From the IMG/VR virus record IMGVR_UViG_3300038427_000030, positions 1 to 28,040 of that record: a DNA stretch of 28,040 nucleotides; one strand, 5' to 3'. The notes beneath the pieces are model-generated. The model ran no database searches, was not told the DNA's origin, and saw only the letters and a list, made by a program, of their open reading frames with translations. The DNA comes from a virus (taxonomy: Duplodnaviria; Caudoviricetes). Below, piece by piece: positions 27,704 through 28,040 of the stretch (its first letter is position 1; the number at the start of each line of letters is the position of its first letter). The position numbers and the translations under genes were made by a program.

Positions 27704-27949
27704 CTACGAAATCGTAACGGTCAGCAACTTACCGCCGGAGCCGCCGAGATAGAGGTAATTGCCATATAGTGTCAGGTCTATGACATTACCTCCGATGTTG
27801 CACAGCTTCGTTAAAGTTGCCGATGCGATTGCATATTTATAAACATTCCCCTGGTTGGTTCCCATGTAGAGATTGCCGAGCGTGTCACTGATAACGCCCA
27901 AAACCTCTTCATTCAACATTCGTAATACTGCTATGGTTCCCGCTGTCAT
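27704..27949 (-). CDS. Small protein made of about two beta-propeller blades
   Basis: GGGAGGT RBS; internal repeat GNLYMGTNQGNVYKY / NYLYLGGSGGKLLTV. Confidence 0.7.
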   Translation of the reverse strand: MTAGTIAVLRMLNEEVLGVISDTLGNLYMGTNQGNVYKYAIASATLTKLCNIGGNVIDLTLYGNYLYLGGSGGKLLTVTIS

Positions 27950-28040
27950 ATCCGTTACCTCCCTTGTTTAGGTTAGTGGTATTCTCCTTAATACCGCCTG
28001 TGTAATTAAAATCCTTATGATAGGATATAATAAAATGCAA

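Noticed and set aside
28000-28040. Defined late promoter
   Set aside because: AT-rich, but no well-spaced -35/-10 pair on the minus strand, and the region is cut by the window edge.

Overview
This window is the virion-morphogenesis module of a tailed dsDNA phage or prophage, encoded almost entirely on the minus strand and read right to left. The order is: two small ORFs, a structured intergenic RNA, scaffold, a CsrA/RsmA-like ORF, N4-gp56/DUF4043-type major capsid protein, cement protein, two adaptor-like proteins, a tail nozzle apparently split in two, several fibre/adhesin proteins, a GNAT-like protein, three small and two large (615 and 2782 aa) internal/ejection proteins, a DUF1737-like ORF, an inverted HNH cassette, a PurD-like ATP-grasp ligase and a truncated, frameshifted ORF. 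No tape measure, tail tube or sheath is visible, so a podovirus of broadly Bcep22/N4-capsid type is inferred. The most interesting signals are: (1) the CsrA-like gene with CAGGACG/GGA-hairpin sites in front of itself and of the capsid gene; (2) a ~108-nt three-way-junction RNA with self-complementary elements ahead of the scaffold gene; (3) the HNH cassette, which has 9-bp direct repeats, a perfect sigma70 promoter and an antisense ORF that preserves translational coupling across it; (4) the orphan PurD-like ligase; (5) the split nozzle; and (6) two single-base frameshifts. All family assignments come from motif recognition by eye; no database searches were run.
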